A DNA stretch of 64,000 nucleotides, from contig MU061538.1 in the NCBI GenBank assembly GCA_013265495.1, forward strand, positions 2,065,339 to 2,129,338. Reading direction: 5' to 3'. Positions 12,320 to 24,623 of this stretch are shown here, one piece after another. The DNA is from Vicugna vicugna. Taxonomy: Eukaryota. Both the position numbers and the translations under genes were made by a program. Each line of letters begins with the position of its first letter. Position 1 is the first letter of the stretch. Under the pieces are notes generated by a model, which did no database searches, was not told the origin of the DNA, and saw only the letters and a program-made list of their open reading frames with translations.

Positions 12320-12500
12320 GCTTCAGTCCCTGAGACTTTACCCCAGGGGACACTGGGCCCATCTGGGGACACTTCTCATTGGGACAGAGGAGGCAGGGAA
12401 AGGCCACAGGTGCTGCCAGGCATCCCGCATGGCCCAGCACCGCCCCACAGCTCATGGTTCTCCTGTCCAAATGTCCAGCACTGAGCCGGGGCCCTGGGTC
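12320..12500 (+). mobile_element. MER20-like DNA transposon remnant
   Basis: tttaccccaggggacactgggcccatctggggacac...gtgctgccaggcatccc...gccccacagc...gtccaaatgtccagcactgag resembles recalled MER20. Confidence 0.6.
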
Positions 12501-13077
12501 TGAAGGGAATGCTTTGATAGTGGGTCCCCAGGGCTGGGCAAACACAGGGGTCGCATTCCAGATGCACCCTTGGGCAGCAGGGGAGCATGGCTCCCTCGCC
12601 CCTGGACTCTGGGACACTTGATTTGTCCCTTCCCTCATGACACCTGGACTCCACACACTGTCACTCCACGCGCACCTGCGGGGCACCTGTTCTGTGCCAA
12701 GCTGCGGCCAAGGGAGTGAGACTGGGTGTTGCCCTCGGCAGTGGAGTCGCAGGGGAGGGACCCTAAAGCTGCCCGCAGCTGTGCTGAGGTTGTGGCCAGT
12801 ACGGGGCCTGGACAGTTTCCTTGTCCGGAGGCAAGTGAGCGGAAGACATCAGAGTGGCTGTGCTGATGCAGAGGTAGTGACCTGGACTGGGGAACACTTA
12901 TGCACTGAATGCAGACATTAAAAAGCATCCTGAAGGAGAAGATGTGCGACTTAATTATGAAATCTCTAACATACCAGGAAATGGGGAGTGGGAGTGAGGA
13001 AGAAGTAGGGAAGTGAAGATACCAGGAACGTCTTGGTGGGGCCTCAACGAAGACGTCGTTCTTACTGTTGACAGTTA

Positions 13078-13330
13078 GAGTCCGTGTTGGTCTCGGGGGC
13101 TGTAACTAACACCGCAGACGGGCTTCCTCCCCGCCAGGTCCGGAGGCTAGAAGTCCGGCTTCGGGTGCCCACTGAGTCAGGTTCTGGGGAGGGCCTCTCC
13201 TGTGATCTTCTAGTGTCAGAGCCCACTCTCATGACCTCATCTAACCCTGAGTACTTCCTGAGAGGCCCTGTCTCCAGATGCATCCACATCAGGGGGCAGG
13301 GCTTTGACGTATGAATTTGGGGACACAGAC
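13078..13330 (-). mobile_element. MaLR LTR (MLT1-like) fragment
   Basis: ggaggctagaagtcc...ctcatgacctcatctaaccctgagtacttcc...gggctttgacgtatgaatttgggggacaca. Confidence 0.7.
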
Positions 13331-13579
13331 GTTTGCCCATAACAAACCCTCGGGGCAACCGGCCGGACGCAGAGGAACCTGCGTGAAGCAAGGCAGAGGC
13401 AAAGTGGGCAAGGTGGTGGGAAAGCGATGTCCATGCGAACCGTGTGCTCATAGCTCCGTTAGCTCTTGCCCCTCGGAGACTAAGATGTTTAAGAATACGT
13501 TACAAGTAGACATTAAAAACAAAATTGAACTTCCAGGGAAGGAAGAGAGCTGATTGAGTTGGTGTGGGGGGGTGGTTAT

Positions 13580-13940
13580 GACATGTTAGGGTTGATCTGG
13601 TCCCGCCAGATTCACGACAGAGTCCTGACCCCAGCACCTTGGGATGGGACCTGGTTGAGGGGCAGAGTGTGAACAGTGGTGACAAGGATAAAATGGGGTC
13701 CCTGGGGTGGGCCTCACCCATGACTGCTGGTGTCCCTCTGTAAAGGGGAGGTCAGACACAGACACGCACATGGGGAGATCCCATGTGAGACCAACACGGT
13801 GTGTGAGAGCCACAGAGAGAGCCCTCAGGAGGAACCCCGCCCACACCCGGACCCCAGTTTTCTGGCCCCCAGAACCATGGGAGTGTCCGTTCCTGTTGCT
13901 TCAGCTGCCAGGACTGCTGCTATGTTGCAGCAGCCCTGCT
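13580..13940 (+). mobile_element. MaLR LTR (MLT1-like)
   Basis: gactgctggtgtccctctgtaaagggg...ccctcaggaggaacc...ctggcccccagaaccatggg...ctatgttgcagcagccct. Confidence 0.65.
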
Positions 13941-13989
13941 GCATGATTCCCGTGGCAGAGGGGGTCGTCTTGGGCTTTTGTCCTGTTGT

Positions 13990-14490
13990 TTTGTGGTTTG
14001 CGTGTGTGTATGTGTGTATGAATGCAAGCAACCTGAGCACATTCATAGGCTGCAAACAGATAGGGAGAGCCTGGCAATACGGGTGAGAGAAGTGGGATCC
14101 ATCCGTGCATGGGAGTATCATGCAGCCCTGAAAAGGGCATCCTGACGCCTGCCACAGCACGGGTGACCCTTGAGGACGACACTCAGTGAAATAAGCCAGA
14201 CATAGGAGGACAAACACTGTGTGCTTATACGTGTATGAGGTTCCTAGTCAAACTCATGACACAGAAGTGAAGTGGTAGGTGCCTGGGGCTGGGGGAGGGT
14301 GTTTCATGGGGGCAGAGTCTCAGTTTGGGAAGATGAGAAAGTTCTGGAGACAGGTGGTGGTGATGGCTGCACAAGAGTATGTAAGTACTGAATGCCATGA
14401 AATCGTGCACTTAAAGATGGTTAAGATGGTGTATTTTGTGATTCATGTATGTGTGTATATATATATGTATGTATATATTCTACTACATTT
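13990..14490 (+). mobile_element. Old L1 (L1MB-like) 3' region
   Basis: gaggacgacactcagtgaaataagccagacataggaggacaaacac...tctcagtttgggaagatgagaaagttctggaga...cacttaaagatggttaagatggtgtattttgtg. Confidence 0.75.
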
Positions 14491-16009
14491 AAAAAAAAGA
14501 GCAGTCAAAAAGTGCTGGTGAGACAATGCTATTGGCCAGTCTGAAGAAAGACAGGCAGCAAGAAGGGCAGTGGGTCCCCATCCCTGTCTGGAAACTTGGG
14601 GGACTCTGTGCAGTTGGGGTGTTGGACACAGACCTCCGAAGTTTCCTCTGTCTCTGAGGCTTGCCGGGCCTGCGCTCCTGGTTCCTGGGACTTCACTCAG
14701 GACCTCACGCAAGCCAGTCAAACAAATCAGCCACAGGCCTGATTCTGTGTGGCCATCGGGCTGGAGGGTGGTGGAGTGTGGTCTGAGGCCCAGGACTGGC
14801 ATCTTTGCCTCAGAGTCTCCAGGATCCCTGAAAGTGACCAGGGTTCCAAGCTGGACCCCAAGGTGTGGGTTTGGGACAGGATCTGGCTGGGCCTCTGTCC
14901 CTATGACCTGGAATCAGGGTCAGAACCTCTTGATCACGGTGCCTGCTCCCCCCTCATTCCATTTTTGTTCCCCCACCCCTCCCACCAGGCGCCATCCTGC
15001 CCTCACCCCCAACTGAAAGGGTTGTGGGCAGTCCCCTCTCTGGGGACAAGGACTCCCGGCAGACACATTTTGGGATGACCCTTCTCCTGCCCCCTTGTTT
15101 TCCCTAAACTGGCAGGAGCCGTTGGCCTTCCATCGAGAGCTGGCTGGTGCAGCGGCCAGGACTGAGGGCCCACGCGTCAGCTCTGGCGCAGCTGGAGACC
15201 CAGGCTTGTGGGTCTCAGCTGTGGGTCTTGAAGGGCAGGCTGGGGGCTCTCTCGAGCTTGGGCAGCCTGGCCCCAAATGTCTGGCCACCTGTGGCACAGG
15301 CCAGCCGGCCACACTCCGAGTGAGTTAGAGACTGGCGGCTTCCACCAGAAGTGCGGGCTGAAGAGGGCCTCCCTGGGTCGGTGGGGTGGGGAGGGGTCTC
15401 ATTCTAGGTCCCCGCCATGGGAAGACCCCGTTTTCTCACATCGCACCTGCTGTGGGAGGGGGCGCTCCTCACCTCCTCTCTACACACGGGGCTCCTCTGC
15501 CCCCTGCACGTGGCAGGCTGGGGGTGATGCCAGAGTTCTTGTGCCCTTTGCACGTGGAAATCTCCATAAAGTACGGTCCACCGAGGAGAGGAGAACGACC
15601 TGCTTCCAGCTCTGCATCTGAACTTTAAATTTTAAAAACTTAGATGCATGAAACAGCTGTGTGTATCTGACAGAGCACTAGGATTTCCAAAGCGTCATCT
15701 CAGAAGGTTCCATTTTAAAGTGAGCCTTTTCTCGACAGCCTCCCAGAAGGTTGGAGGCCGCGTTGATCGCGTGACACCCATCGCATGACTGAGCCAACAA
15801 AGCCACAGCTGGCGGTGCTGCACGGCGGGACCACGTGACCCTGCGTGGGGGCCACTGGGCCCAACCTGGACTTTCCCCGGGTGCTGTGATTCAGCACAAA
15901 TATTATACTTCCTGGAGACAGGATGGGAGAGGGAGGGAGAAGAAAGGAGAGAAGATGTTAAGAAGGAGCAGAAAGAAGGAAGAGTTGGAGGGAGTGGCAG
16001 TTTCCCAGG

Positions 16010-16350
16010 ACCGCCCTCACTCATTACCAGCGCCCGTGGGTGGCTTAAAGCAACAGACGTGTATTTTTTCACAGTTCTGGAGGCCAGAAGTCAAAATCCA
16101 GCCATCAGCAGGACTGGCTCCTTCGCAGGGGCTCAGAGGGAGGACCTGTCTGCCCCCTCCCCCAGCTCCTGGGGTGGCCCGTGGTGCTTGGTGTCCCACC
16201 ACCACCGTCGGGGGCCCGCCTTGCTCTGGGCGCCTACGTCGTCCTTTCTGTGCGTCTCTCCTCTCCCTGTGGGTCACTGGCATAATGCGTCAAGGACCCA
16301 CCAGACTGCATCTTAGCTAAGTACGCCTGCAGCAACCCTGCTTCCATAGT
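16010..16350 (-). mobile_element. MaLR LTR (MLT1-like)
   Basis: gggtggcttaaagcaacagacgtgtattttttcacagttctggaggccagaagtcaaaatc... Confidence 0.75.
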
Positions 16351-17241
16351 AGGCTTCCTTTCTCAGGACTTCAGCATGTCTTCAGAGGATAATTCAGCCC
16401 GTGACGGAAGGAGAAAAGCAAAGAAGGAATGTGAACAAAGGAAAGGAGGACGAGGGGGTGGAGGGTGAAGTCTCAGTGAAGGTCCTCCTGGGGTGAGTTG
16501 GGGAGACGTGGTCCAGCTCCAGCTTCCGCCCTCGGGCGCCCAACAGGGTGCTGCGTGAGCAGGACCGACAGCGGGCACGGCCCCCTCACCTCCTCCCCCG
16601 GGGATTGGGAGCCATGCACATGTCTGCACACAGCCCAGCACCCTGATTGTCACCTTTGCCACCACAGACAGGAGCCGGATGGGCCCATGGCCACAGCAGT
16701 GACCGTCTTGTCCACACATGTCATCGTCTGGCACCCGAGGAGCACCCAGCAGCAGCACCCTCCGCCTCTCCTCCCGAGATGCCCCTCAGGCACAGGACAC
16801 ACTCTGAGGCCCTTGCTGGTCAGATGTCCAGCTCAGTCTAAACCGAGTTGTGCTAGTTTCTAGCAGTGTGACTTTGATCTGGGACAAGACCAAGCCCTCA
16901 GGCTGTGCGGAGACCTGGATGGGATGGTGTGACTTGCGCAGGCTCCCCAAAGCCCGGGTGCCCCGTCACTGCCCTCGCCAGGGAGACACCCACCGGTAGC
17001 CTTCCTGTTGCTGGTGCCGGGAGCGCAGCAGCCGGGGGCTCGGGGAGGGCGTGACTCTCCCACCAAAGCAGGCTGCTGCCTCTGACGACTCCGGCTCTGG
17101 AGATTGACAGGGATGGGGAGGCAGCCCAGGACGGCATCCATCTGTAGGAACCCTGAGACCCCAGCTCCTTTAACTGCACTGTAATTCTTGTTTGCATTAC
17201 ATTCTGTTTTGTTCTTTTGATTCTATAAATGTGTCCAGAAC

Positions 17242-17420
17242 TGTGAAGGGTCTAGATTTTAGTCTGTTTACAAGCTAGCAAGTCACCTGCCCCAGCTTCA
17301 GGGCCGCAGACAAAAGACAGGAGACTCATGCTCAGAGACAAAGGACAGTGGATTCCTCGCAGCAGTAGTGGGAACCAGAGTGTCATCCTCTCCTCATCAA
17401 AGATCACCAGGTGCGGATTC
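17242..17420. mobile_element. MER21-like LTR fragment
   Basis: tgtgaagggtctagattttagtctgtttacaagctagcaagt...agacaaaagacaggagactc...tcagagacaaaggacag matches a recalled MER21 terminus. Confidence 0.6.
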
Positions 17421-17679
17421 CCACAGGACAGCACCTGCACTCACACGGGGCTGTGAGCTCACACAGGACGGCACCTGCACGAACACCAGGCTGCGCACTC
17501 TCACAGGGCTGCACACTCACACAGGGCTATGTGACCGGAGGGGGACCTTGAGCTCAGGATCTTTTCTCCAGAGGGGCCTTTGTGTCTCAACAAAAGATGA
17601 AATCGTCTGCTGTTGTCATGACTCATAAGCCAACCACGCGGTGAAGAGCCCTGCCGTTCTGCAACACTCAGAGACCAGT

Positions 17680-17755
17680 GCAGACCAGTGCAGCCTGCGG
17701 TAGACTGGGGTAGACTGGGGTAGGCTGGGGCAGGCTGGGGTAGACTGGGAAGGCT
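17680..17755. repeat. Degenerate 10-bp tandem repeat (gtagactggg-type)
   Basis: gtagactggg gtagactggg gtaggctggg gcaggctggg gtagactggg, preceded by gaccagtgca x2. Confidence 0.8.
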
Positions 17756-17824
17756 GTAGGGTTGTGGGCCCTGAGAGCCTTGTCTTCTGACTGCAGTCAC
17801 CTGGAGGGGATCAGAGTCACCATG

Positions 17825-18260
17825 GCGTCAGTCTTGTGTCTTTTCCTGCTCTAACAACTTGCAAAGTACTTGATGTCCTGAAACAGCAGGAGTTTATTCT
17901 CTCACCATTCGGGGTCTCGGTCAGGGTGTCGGCAGGACCACCTCCCCGGTAGGCTGGAAGGAGACCTGCTCCTGGCCTCCGCCCTGTCCCGCGGCTGCCA
18001 GTTTTCCTTGGCTGTGGCCGCGTCACTGCGGTCTCCAAATCTCTGCTCCATCTCCACAGGGGCTTCTGCCCTGTGTGTGTCTGTGTCAAATCCCCCTCTG
18101 CCTCTTCTGATGAGGATGCACGTGATGGCATTTGAGGCCCACCCAGGACACGGTCTACATCGGAAAGTCCTTAACCGTTCACCTGCAGAGACTTTTTTGC
18201 CGTGTTAGGGAACACTGACAAGTCCAGAGATTAGGACGTGGGTTTCTTTTTCTTTCAGCC
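17825..18260 (-). mobile_element. MaLR LTR (MLT1-like)
   Basis: aacagcaggagtttattctctcacc...cagggtgtcggcagg...gatggcatttgaggcccacccagg...tccagagattaggacgtgggtttctttt. Confidence 0.75.
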
Positions 18261-19484
18261 GACCACGTGTGGTGAATCACTTTTTAAAAAACAAATTATC
18301 AGCTTTTAATGATAATAACCCTTAACATATGCTTTGAAAGTTTGGATTATTTCAAAATTCACTTTCCATATTGAGGAGATACTGGAATACTCTGTTACGA
18401 GCCAACCAACAGCAAGGACGGCAAGACAGGGCTTCCGGATCCAGCGCTGCTGGGGAGCAGGCTGGGTGCCAGCCGAGCCCATGTGCGTCGCCGTGGCCCT
18501 GTGGGCGTCTGTGCTTCTAGCTCTCACCTTCCTCGCCTCCAGCCACGGAGGCTGCACGGCGTGTGACCCCCGGGCTACGTGGCTGCGCCCTTGGAAGGTG
18601 TGACTCCTGCCCAGGCCCGCCCCTGTCCTCTCCCGCTCCGTCCGAGACGTCTGTGCCTCCTTCACTTCAGATGCTAGACAGAGGGCCTCCTGTGGGGGAG
18701 CGCTTTGTGGGCTGGGCACAGCTTCCACGCCTGTGAGAGAGGGCTGAGTCTCCTCACTCTCTGCTCGTGTCTGCTGTGATCTTCTGCCCTCGCCCCACAG
18801 AGGGTGGAGAGGTGGGTGGGCTTAGGCAGAAGCAGGGCACAGCTGTCCCTCAGGAAATGCCCCGGGGAGCTTGTGCAGCCTCCTGCGTGTGGCAGGGTGG
18901 TCTGAGGAGCTGCTGAGGTCTAAGTGACCAGGAAGACCGTCCTCCTTAAGGCTTGACATTGCGTTGTTCCTGGAAGCTTGAAGGGCTTTGCTTAGATTTG
19001 GTCCAGCGGCCTGTGGGCCTGAGCTGAGCGGACTGGCCCCCAGCAGACGTGAAGGCAGGTGCTGGCCGGTTGTGTCACCAGGGCCCCGACCCCGTGTCCT
19101 GGCTGCAGCTCCGTCAACACCAGTTCTGGGAACGTGGCCTTCAAGGTTCTCAAGCCAAGAGCAGAGCTCACGTGGTGGTGGTCTGCCTTAGAAACAAAAA
19201 CAAAGCCCACCCCTGGGTGTACTTACAAGCGAATCAGGGAGTCTGGGGTTGACTTCAGTTCATTGCCTGGAGCCCCAGGGCTGGAAATTCCCTGGCCCTG
19301 AGCCCTGGGGGCCCGCGGGCGCTCTCATCCCACATCAAAACACGCCTTTTCTCCATTAATACAAGCGGTTAAGTTGGCCAGGCATTAGATCTTGATAACT
19401 GGTCCCTGAGCTCCAGGGCACAGGGATGCCTTTATTTGGGTTGATCTGGGTCCTGAAAGGCAAGGGTTTTGTGTGTGTGTGTGT

Positions 19485-19625
19485 GTTTTGGTTTTTGTTT
19501 TGTTTTTGGGGGGAGGGGTAATTAGACTTCATTTATTCATTTGTTTTTTAATGGAGGGACTGGGGATTGAACCCAGGACCTCGTGCATGCTAAGCACATG
19601 CCCTACCACTGAGCTCTACCCTCCC
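19485..19625 (-). mobile_element. Camelid tRNA-derived SINE (Vic-1 type)
   Basis: Minus strand reads gggagggtagagctcagtggtagggcatgtgcttagcatgcacgaggtcctgggttcaatccccagtccctccatt... with A/B boxes and the typical AT-rich ...ctaattacccctcccc tail. Confidence 0.9.
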
Positions 19626-19829
19626 TGCCAAAATGCCATTTTTAAAGTGGATATGACTTAGAAAATGCAGTCTGTAAAGACATTTCTGTGCAATTGGACT
19701 GCAAGCCAGTCCTCTGATGCTTTTAAATAGGCACTCCCTTGTCTTCTTTGCTCTATTTGTTCTTGGCCCCCAAGTTTCATCTGTGTTGAAAAATCAGTGG
19801 TTGCACTAACTACTCTTTTTTTCTGGCAT

Positions 19830-20030
19830 GTGGTTACTACTTGGACTGCCTGGATTCTAATCCCAGCTCTGCCGTTTGCTGTGTTACCTTGGGCAAGTTA
19901 CTTGACCTCTCTGTGCCGTTTCCTAATCTGAAAATGGAACTAATCCCTACTAGGTCAGGTTATGATGAGGATTAAATGAGAGAATATAGACCAAGTGCTA
20001 ACACAGAGGCCGGCTCATGTCGCGTGCCCA
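19830..20030 (+). mobile_element. MIR SINE
   Basis: ctggattctaatcccagctctgcc...ccttgggcaagttacttgacctctctgtgcc...aaaatggaactaat...atgaggattaaatgaga is the MIR core. Confidence 0.85.
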
Positions 20031-22019
20031 GTAAATCCACTGTGGTTGTGATGGTTATCACCACTTTCCGTCTGGTGGCCTCCGCGCCGGCCGCCTCCAG
20101 TCACTTGGCGTGATCTGTGGCTTTAGATCAGACCTTCATCATCAGTGTCTCTCGTGCGCCTATCCATCAGGCTCTAGAACAACACCAGCATTTGCCTGGG
20201 TGCCCAGGGCAAGGAGGCCCTGCCTCCGCACTCTCCGAACTTCTCATTCGCTCAGCGGTTTCTCCGACTTCTCTGAGACTGTTGATTGCACAGGAGAGCG
20301 TGTGGCTGGCTGGTGGCACAGCGCACGGCAGAAGTCCTGTTCTTCGGAACACCTGGGAGAAGGGGCGCTGAGGTGCTGCTTTGCTCTGCTGAGCTCCGAG
20401 CTCTTGGTTCACATCCAATTTTTCTTTGGTTCGTTTCCACCAATTTCACCTTAAAGTCAAAACTTAATCCACAGAAACATCCTATTGCTTGCTTCTTCTG
20501 CTCGTTTTTTCATTGATTTAGCAAATACTTACTGATGATCTATGCTAAGTAATATAATAACGTATTGTATTTATATGGCCGAGGGGTCTATCCTAGTGAC
20601 TTTTCTTAAAGCTAAGAGCTTCTCCAAAGGAGAACTGAAATGTTCACCTCCAGAGACAGGCACCTTCATCAACTTACAGGCAGTCTGTTGTGTGTTTTCA
20701 TACTTGGATTTGTAAGTGAGACTCAGGAACCCAGAGAGAGGCAGACGTAACCAGGGTGCTGCATTAGATACGGTTTATCGCTCCAGCCCAGGCACTTGGA
20801 GCGTGACGGGGGAGCTGTTAGTAATTATCCTAAGACAACAAGCCAGAGCGGGAACTGGCCCCGGTGAGCCTGGACGCACAGTCGCCCTGGACGGAAAAGT
20901 CAGAGTGAGCTCTCCTGATGCACAAACGGGCCCTTGAGGTGAGCAGATGTAACAAGTAAAGAGGAAACAACCTTGTGGAAGAGTGGGCCAGGGCTAATCA
21001 GAACATTCGCAGGACAATACAAATGGTTAATAGACATACCATACCAAAAGATTCCATCTCCTAGAGATGAGAGAAGTGCAAGACAAAATGAGGGGCCACT
21101 TTCCCCCTTAGACTGGCGGACACTGGAAGGTGAAGTGGTTCCGCGTATTGGCCCAGGTGCGCGACTCCCGGCGTGCGAGCATGAAGAGGCAGCTCCTTGA
21201 AGGAGAATTCACAGCGTCTATTAAAGCATCAGGTATGCTTGTCCCATGAACCCAGGAGTTTCACTTCCAGAGCCCTGGTGATGGAAGCAGCCAGGTGGAG
21301 TGCCAAGGGTGGACGGCAAGCCTGCCTGCCTGCCTGTCTGCCTGTCGGTGATGGCGGTATGCAATGGAGGTGACCCAGCCGCCGCCTGGACAGGAGGGAG
21401 TGTGCAGCTGCTGGACAGAGGGGTCTTGTGGAATCCTTGTGCTGGGCGCCCCTCCTGGGCCTCTCTCAGCCTGGCCTTCTCTCAGGCCTGAGGACACCTG
21501 CCTGGCTTCTGCCACCTGGAAACTGACTGTGTGTTTGGGGGCCCATTGCCTGTGACTGGCCAGCCACGCCTACAGGTTCCTCCCAGCCTATCTGGTCTGG
21601 TCAAGCACCAAGTTCAAGGCAAAGAACCCGCTTCCTGTGGAAGCTGCTGGAGTGTCCAGTGACACAGCCTGGAGAGGGGGACATAATTCCCATGGAGCTA
21701 ACTGCAACTCGGGGGGTGGCAGAGGCAGATGGCTGGATTTCTCCTCTCTTGCTGTCTCCAGTGGGCCGATCCCAGTTGTGGCTTTTCCGTATGACCTGCC
21801 TGCAGGTGTCCCACGTGCTGGAGCCTGGTGTGCAGCTGCTGGGCCTGTAACGAGATAGACTCAGCCCAGAGCTGGCTTGATTAGCACCCCTGGCCTCTGC
21901 GCCTTCCTGGCCTGGCTCCCCGTCCTCGCTGACAGGCCCTGGGGTTGCTCCTCCGGAGGAAGCATCAGCACTGCTCCTCACCCAGGGCTGTGTGTCCAGG
22001 GAACAGGGACAAAGCCACC

Positions 22020-22325
22020 TTCTCAGTAGGTTTTCATTTCAGTCAACCTGCTTAAAATGCAGCCCACCCGTCCACCTCCCCCCAGGTCTCCTTACTCTGC
22101 TCTGCTTCTTCCCCCATAGCACTTACTGTCTCCTAAAATTTCGCTTATTTTTTCAGTCTAGTGTTTAGTGTTCTGTGTCTTCTGGCTGGAAAACACACTT
22201 CAAGAAGGCGGGGATCTTTGTTTTGTTCACAGGTGTATCTCAAAGTGCCTAGAACTTTCCTGTTCCTGGAACATGGTAGGCACTTAAAAAAAACACCCAT
22301 TGAATAAATAGAGGAATAAATTTGT
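22020..22325 (+). mobile_element. L2 3' end
   Basis: gaaggcggggatctttgttttgttcacaggtgtatctc...gcctagaac...catggtaggcacttaaaaaaa...ttgaataaatagaggaataaa. Confidence 0.75.
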
Positions 22326-22374
22326 ATGATTTACGTGAAAAGATATTAATGATACACTGTTGAGTAAAAGCATA

Positions 22375-23500
22375 GTTTTCAACATACTGTGTTCATAGAT
22401 TGGAAGACTAAATATTGTTAAGATCTCATTACTACCCAAAGTTGCCTACAGATTCAACCCAATCTCTATCAAAATCCCAATGGCAATTTTTTGCAGAAAA
22501 AAAAATCCTAAAATTCAAATGGAGTCTCTAGGAACCCCCACATAGCCAAAACAGTTTTGGAAGACAAGAACAAAGTTGGAGAATTCACACTTTCTGATTT
22601 CAGAACATATTGCAAAACATAGAAATCAAAACACTGTGAGACTAGAAGACAAACAGATCAGTGGAATAGAATAGAGATCTCAGAAGTAAACCCTGTGCAC
22701 ATGGCCAGTGATCTCCAGGGAGGGTTCTAAGACCACTCCGTAGGGAGGAACAGTCTCTTTAACAAATGGTGCTGGAGAAACTGGATCTCCAAGTGCAAAA
22801 GAATGAAGCCGGGCCGTTATCTTACACTGTGTGCAGAAATAACCTCAAGATGGGTTGGAGACCTAAGCATAAAACCCCAATTATAAGGCTCCTAGCAGAA
22901 GACCCGGGGAAGAGCTGCGTGGCTTTGGCCCTAACAGCAGTTCCTTGGATGTGACATTAAAAACACTGGCAACAAAAGAAAAAGACAAACAGGACTGCAG
23001 CAAACTTCAAATTTCTGTGCATGAAAGAACACAATCAAAAAGAGTGAAAAGGCAACCTGAGAGTGGGGAGGATACTTGGAAATAGCATATCAGATAGGGG
23101 GATAACACCCAGCATATGTAAAGGATGCCTGCAGTCCAACAACAGAAATTAACTGGATTAAAAAACAGGCAAAGGACTTGAATAGACATTTCTGTAAAGA
23201 TGGCGCACAGGTGGCCGATAAGCACATGGAAAAATGCTCAGCGTCACTGAAATCAGAGAAATGCAAATCAAGACCACAGGGAGGTAAGGGGGGAGGGTAG
23301 AGCTCAGTGCTAGAGCGCATACTCAGCACGCATGAGATCCTGGGTTCAGTCCCCAGTGCCTCCATTAAAAAGTAAATAAACATATCCAGTTACTTCCCCA
23401 CCAAAGAAACAAACAAAAAATCAACTATACTTCAATTAAAAAGAAAACCACAGCGAGGTATCACCTCACACTTACTAGGGTGGCTCCTGTCAAGAAAAAC
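22375..23500 (+). mobile_element. Old L1 ORF2 3' region, decayed and interrupted by a SINE
   Basis: ttcatagattggaagactaaatattgttaagat...cctacagattcaacccaatctctatcaaaatcccaatggc...aacaaatggtgctggagaaactggat...aaatgcaaatcaagaccac. ORF 22766-22954 (VLEKLD...NEAGPLSYTV) is an ORF2 remnant. Confidence 0.9.
23287..23444 (+). mobile_element. Camelid tRNA-derived SINE with L1-like 3' tail, flanked by ~16-bp TSD
   Basis: gggagggtagagctcagtgctagagcgc...ctgggttcagtccccagtgcctccattaaaaa... The TSD reads agaccacagggaggta (23271-23286) and aaaccacagcgaggta (23445-23460). Confidence 0.88.
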
Positions 23501-23741
23501 CAGAAGTCCTCAGAGCCCGGGAGGGTGGGACGGGCATGAGCCACTCTGGAGGGTCAGCGCTTCAGCCCCTGGGGGGACGCAGCTGGGTCAAGGCTTGGGC
23601 TCTGTGCTGGGGGGCACGGGCTGCTGGGGGCAGACCCAGGGGTGTGAACTGGGGCACACAGTGCTTGCAGTGGGAGCACAACAGCATAGCCTCCACCCTT
23701 TTGTGGCAACAACCCCCTCACCCCCGCCCCGTGCAGGGGAG

Positions 23742-24357
23742 TGAGACAGGAGGGAAGGGGGAGGGCACAGCCACTCAAGGAATGACAGCAGTTTAACACC
23801 AAAATGGTGGAAGATTCACCTCCTACTTGGCCTTAAGGATTAAGAGGTTTAACTTCTAGTAGACCTCGAGCTTCATTATACGCTCAGTGTAACGGAGATA
23901 AATAACATGCCCGCAGGCGCCATGGCGGCCCCAAGGATAACCACAAAGGGCCAAAGAATGGGCGGTGGCCCAGTCCCCGGGAACCCCAGCCCCTCCCCCA
24001 GGGCAGTTGGCCTGATCCCACCTGCAGGCGTGTGCAGCTACTGAGCCCATAGAAAGTGACAGCACCACTTCTAGCGGCCTTTCTTTGCGCTCTCCCGCGC
24101 TCTGTCTATGGAGTGTGCACCTATTTTTACTTATCCTGAGCACCCAACTCCCACACCTCTTTCCTGGCCTTTCTCTTGCCTTACACTATGCAGTAGGTGC
24201 CTCTCTAAATAAATCTACCTTTTACTCAACTGTGGCTCGCCCTTGAATTCTTTCCTGCTCGAAGCCAAGGACCCGCACTTGGCGGGGCACGTCCCAGGGG
24301 CTCAGGCGAGACCTGGGACATGGCCCTCCTCACGCCCACATCCGTTTTCCTGCATCA
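23742..24357 (+). mobile_element. ERV1-class solo LTR (copy A), 4-bp TSD GGAG
   Basis: TG...CA termini (tgagacagg...tttcctgcatca), AATAAA at 24208-24213, and ggag on both flanks (23738-23741 and 24358-24361). Homologous along its length to copy B. Confidence 0.85.
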
Positions 24358-24623
24358 GGAGGAGAGAGAGCATACCTGCCGCACGCCTGGCCATCCCAGC
24401 TGCCAGGGCCACCAGGAGCAGTGCTGCCCAGAGTGCTGGGTCTCGCTGTCGGGAGGGACGGCTTGGACACCGGCAGCCCCTTGGACCAGAGGCAGAAGAT
24501 GCAGTTACGGGAGAGGCAGACATGGTGCTACCCTGACCTTGGGCTCAGACACAGGGCTGCTGTGGCCACAGGGCTCTGCACATCCAGTCTCCTTTTGGGA
24601 AGTCAGCTCCTCAGCTGTGAAGC

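Noticed and set aside
19485-19625. tRNA-like sequences (also 23287, 27979, 45630 and 54158) as tRNA genes
   Set aside because: They have A/B boxes but degenerate cloverleaf arms and shared AT-rich SINE tails, so they are SINE copies.
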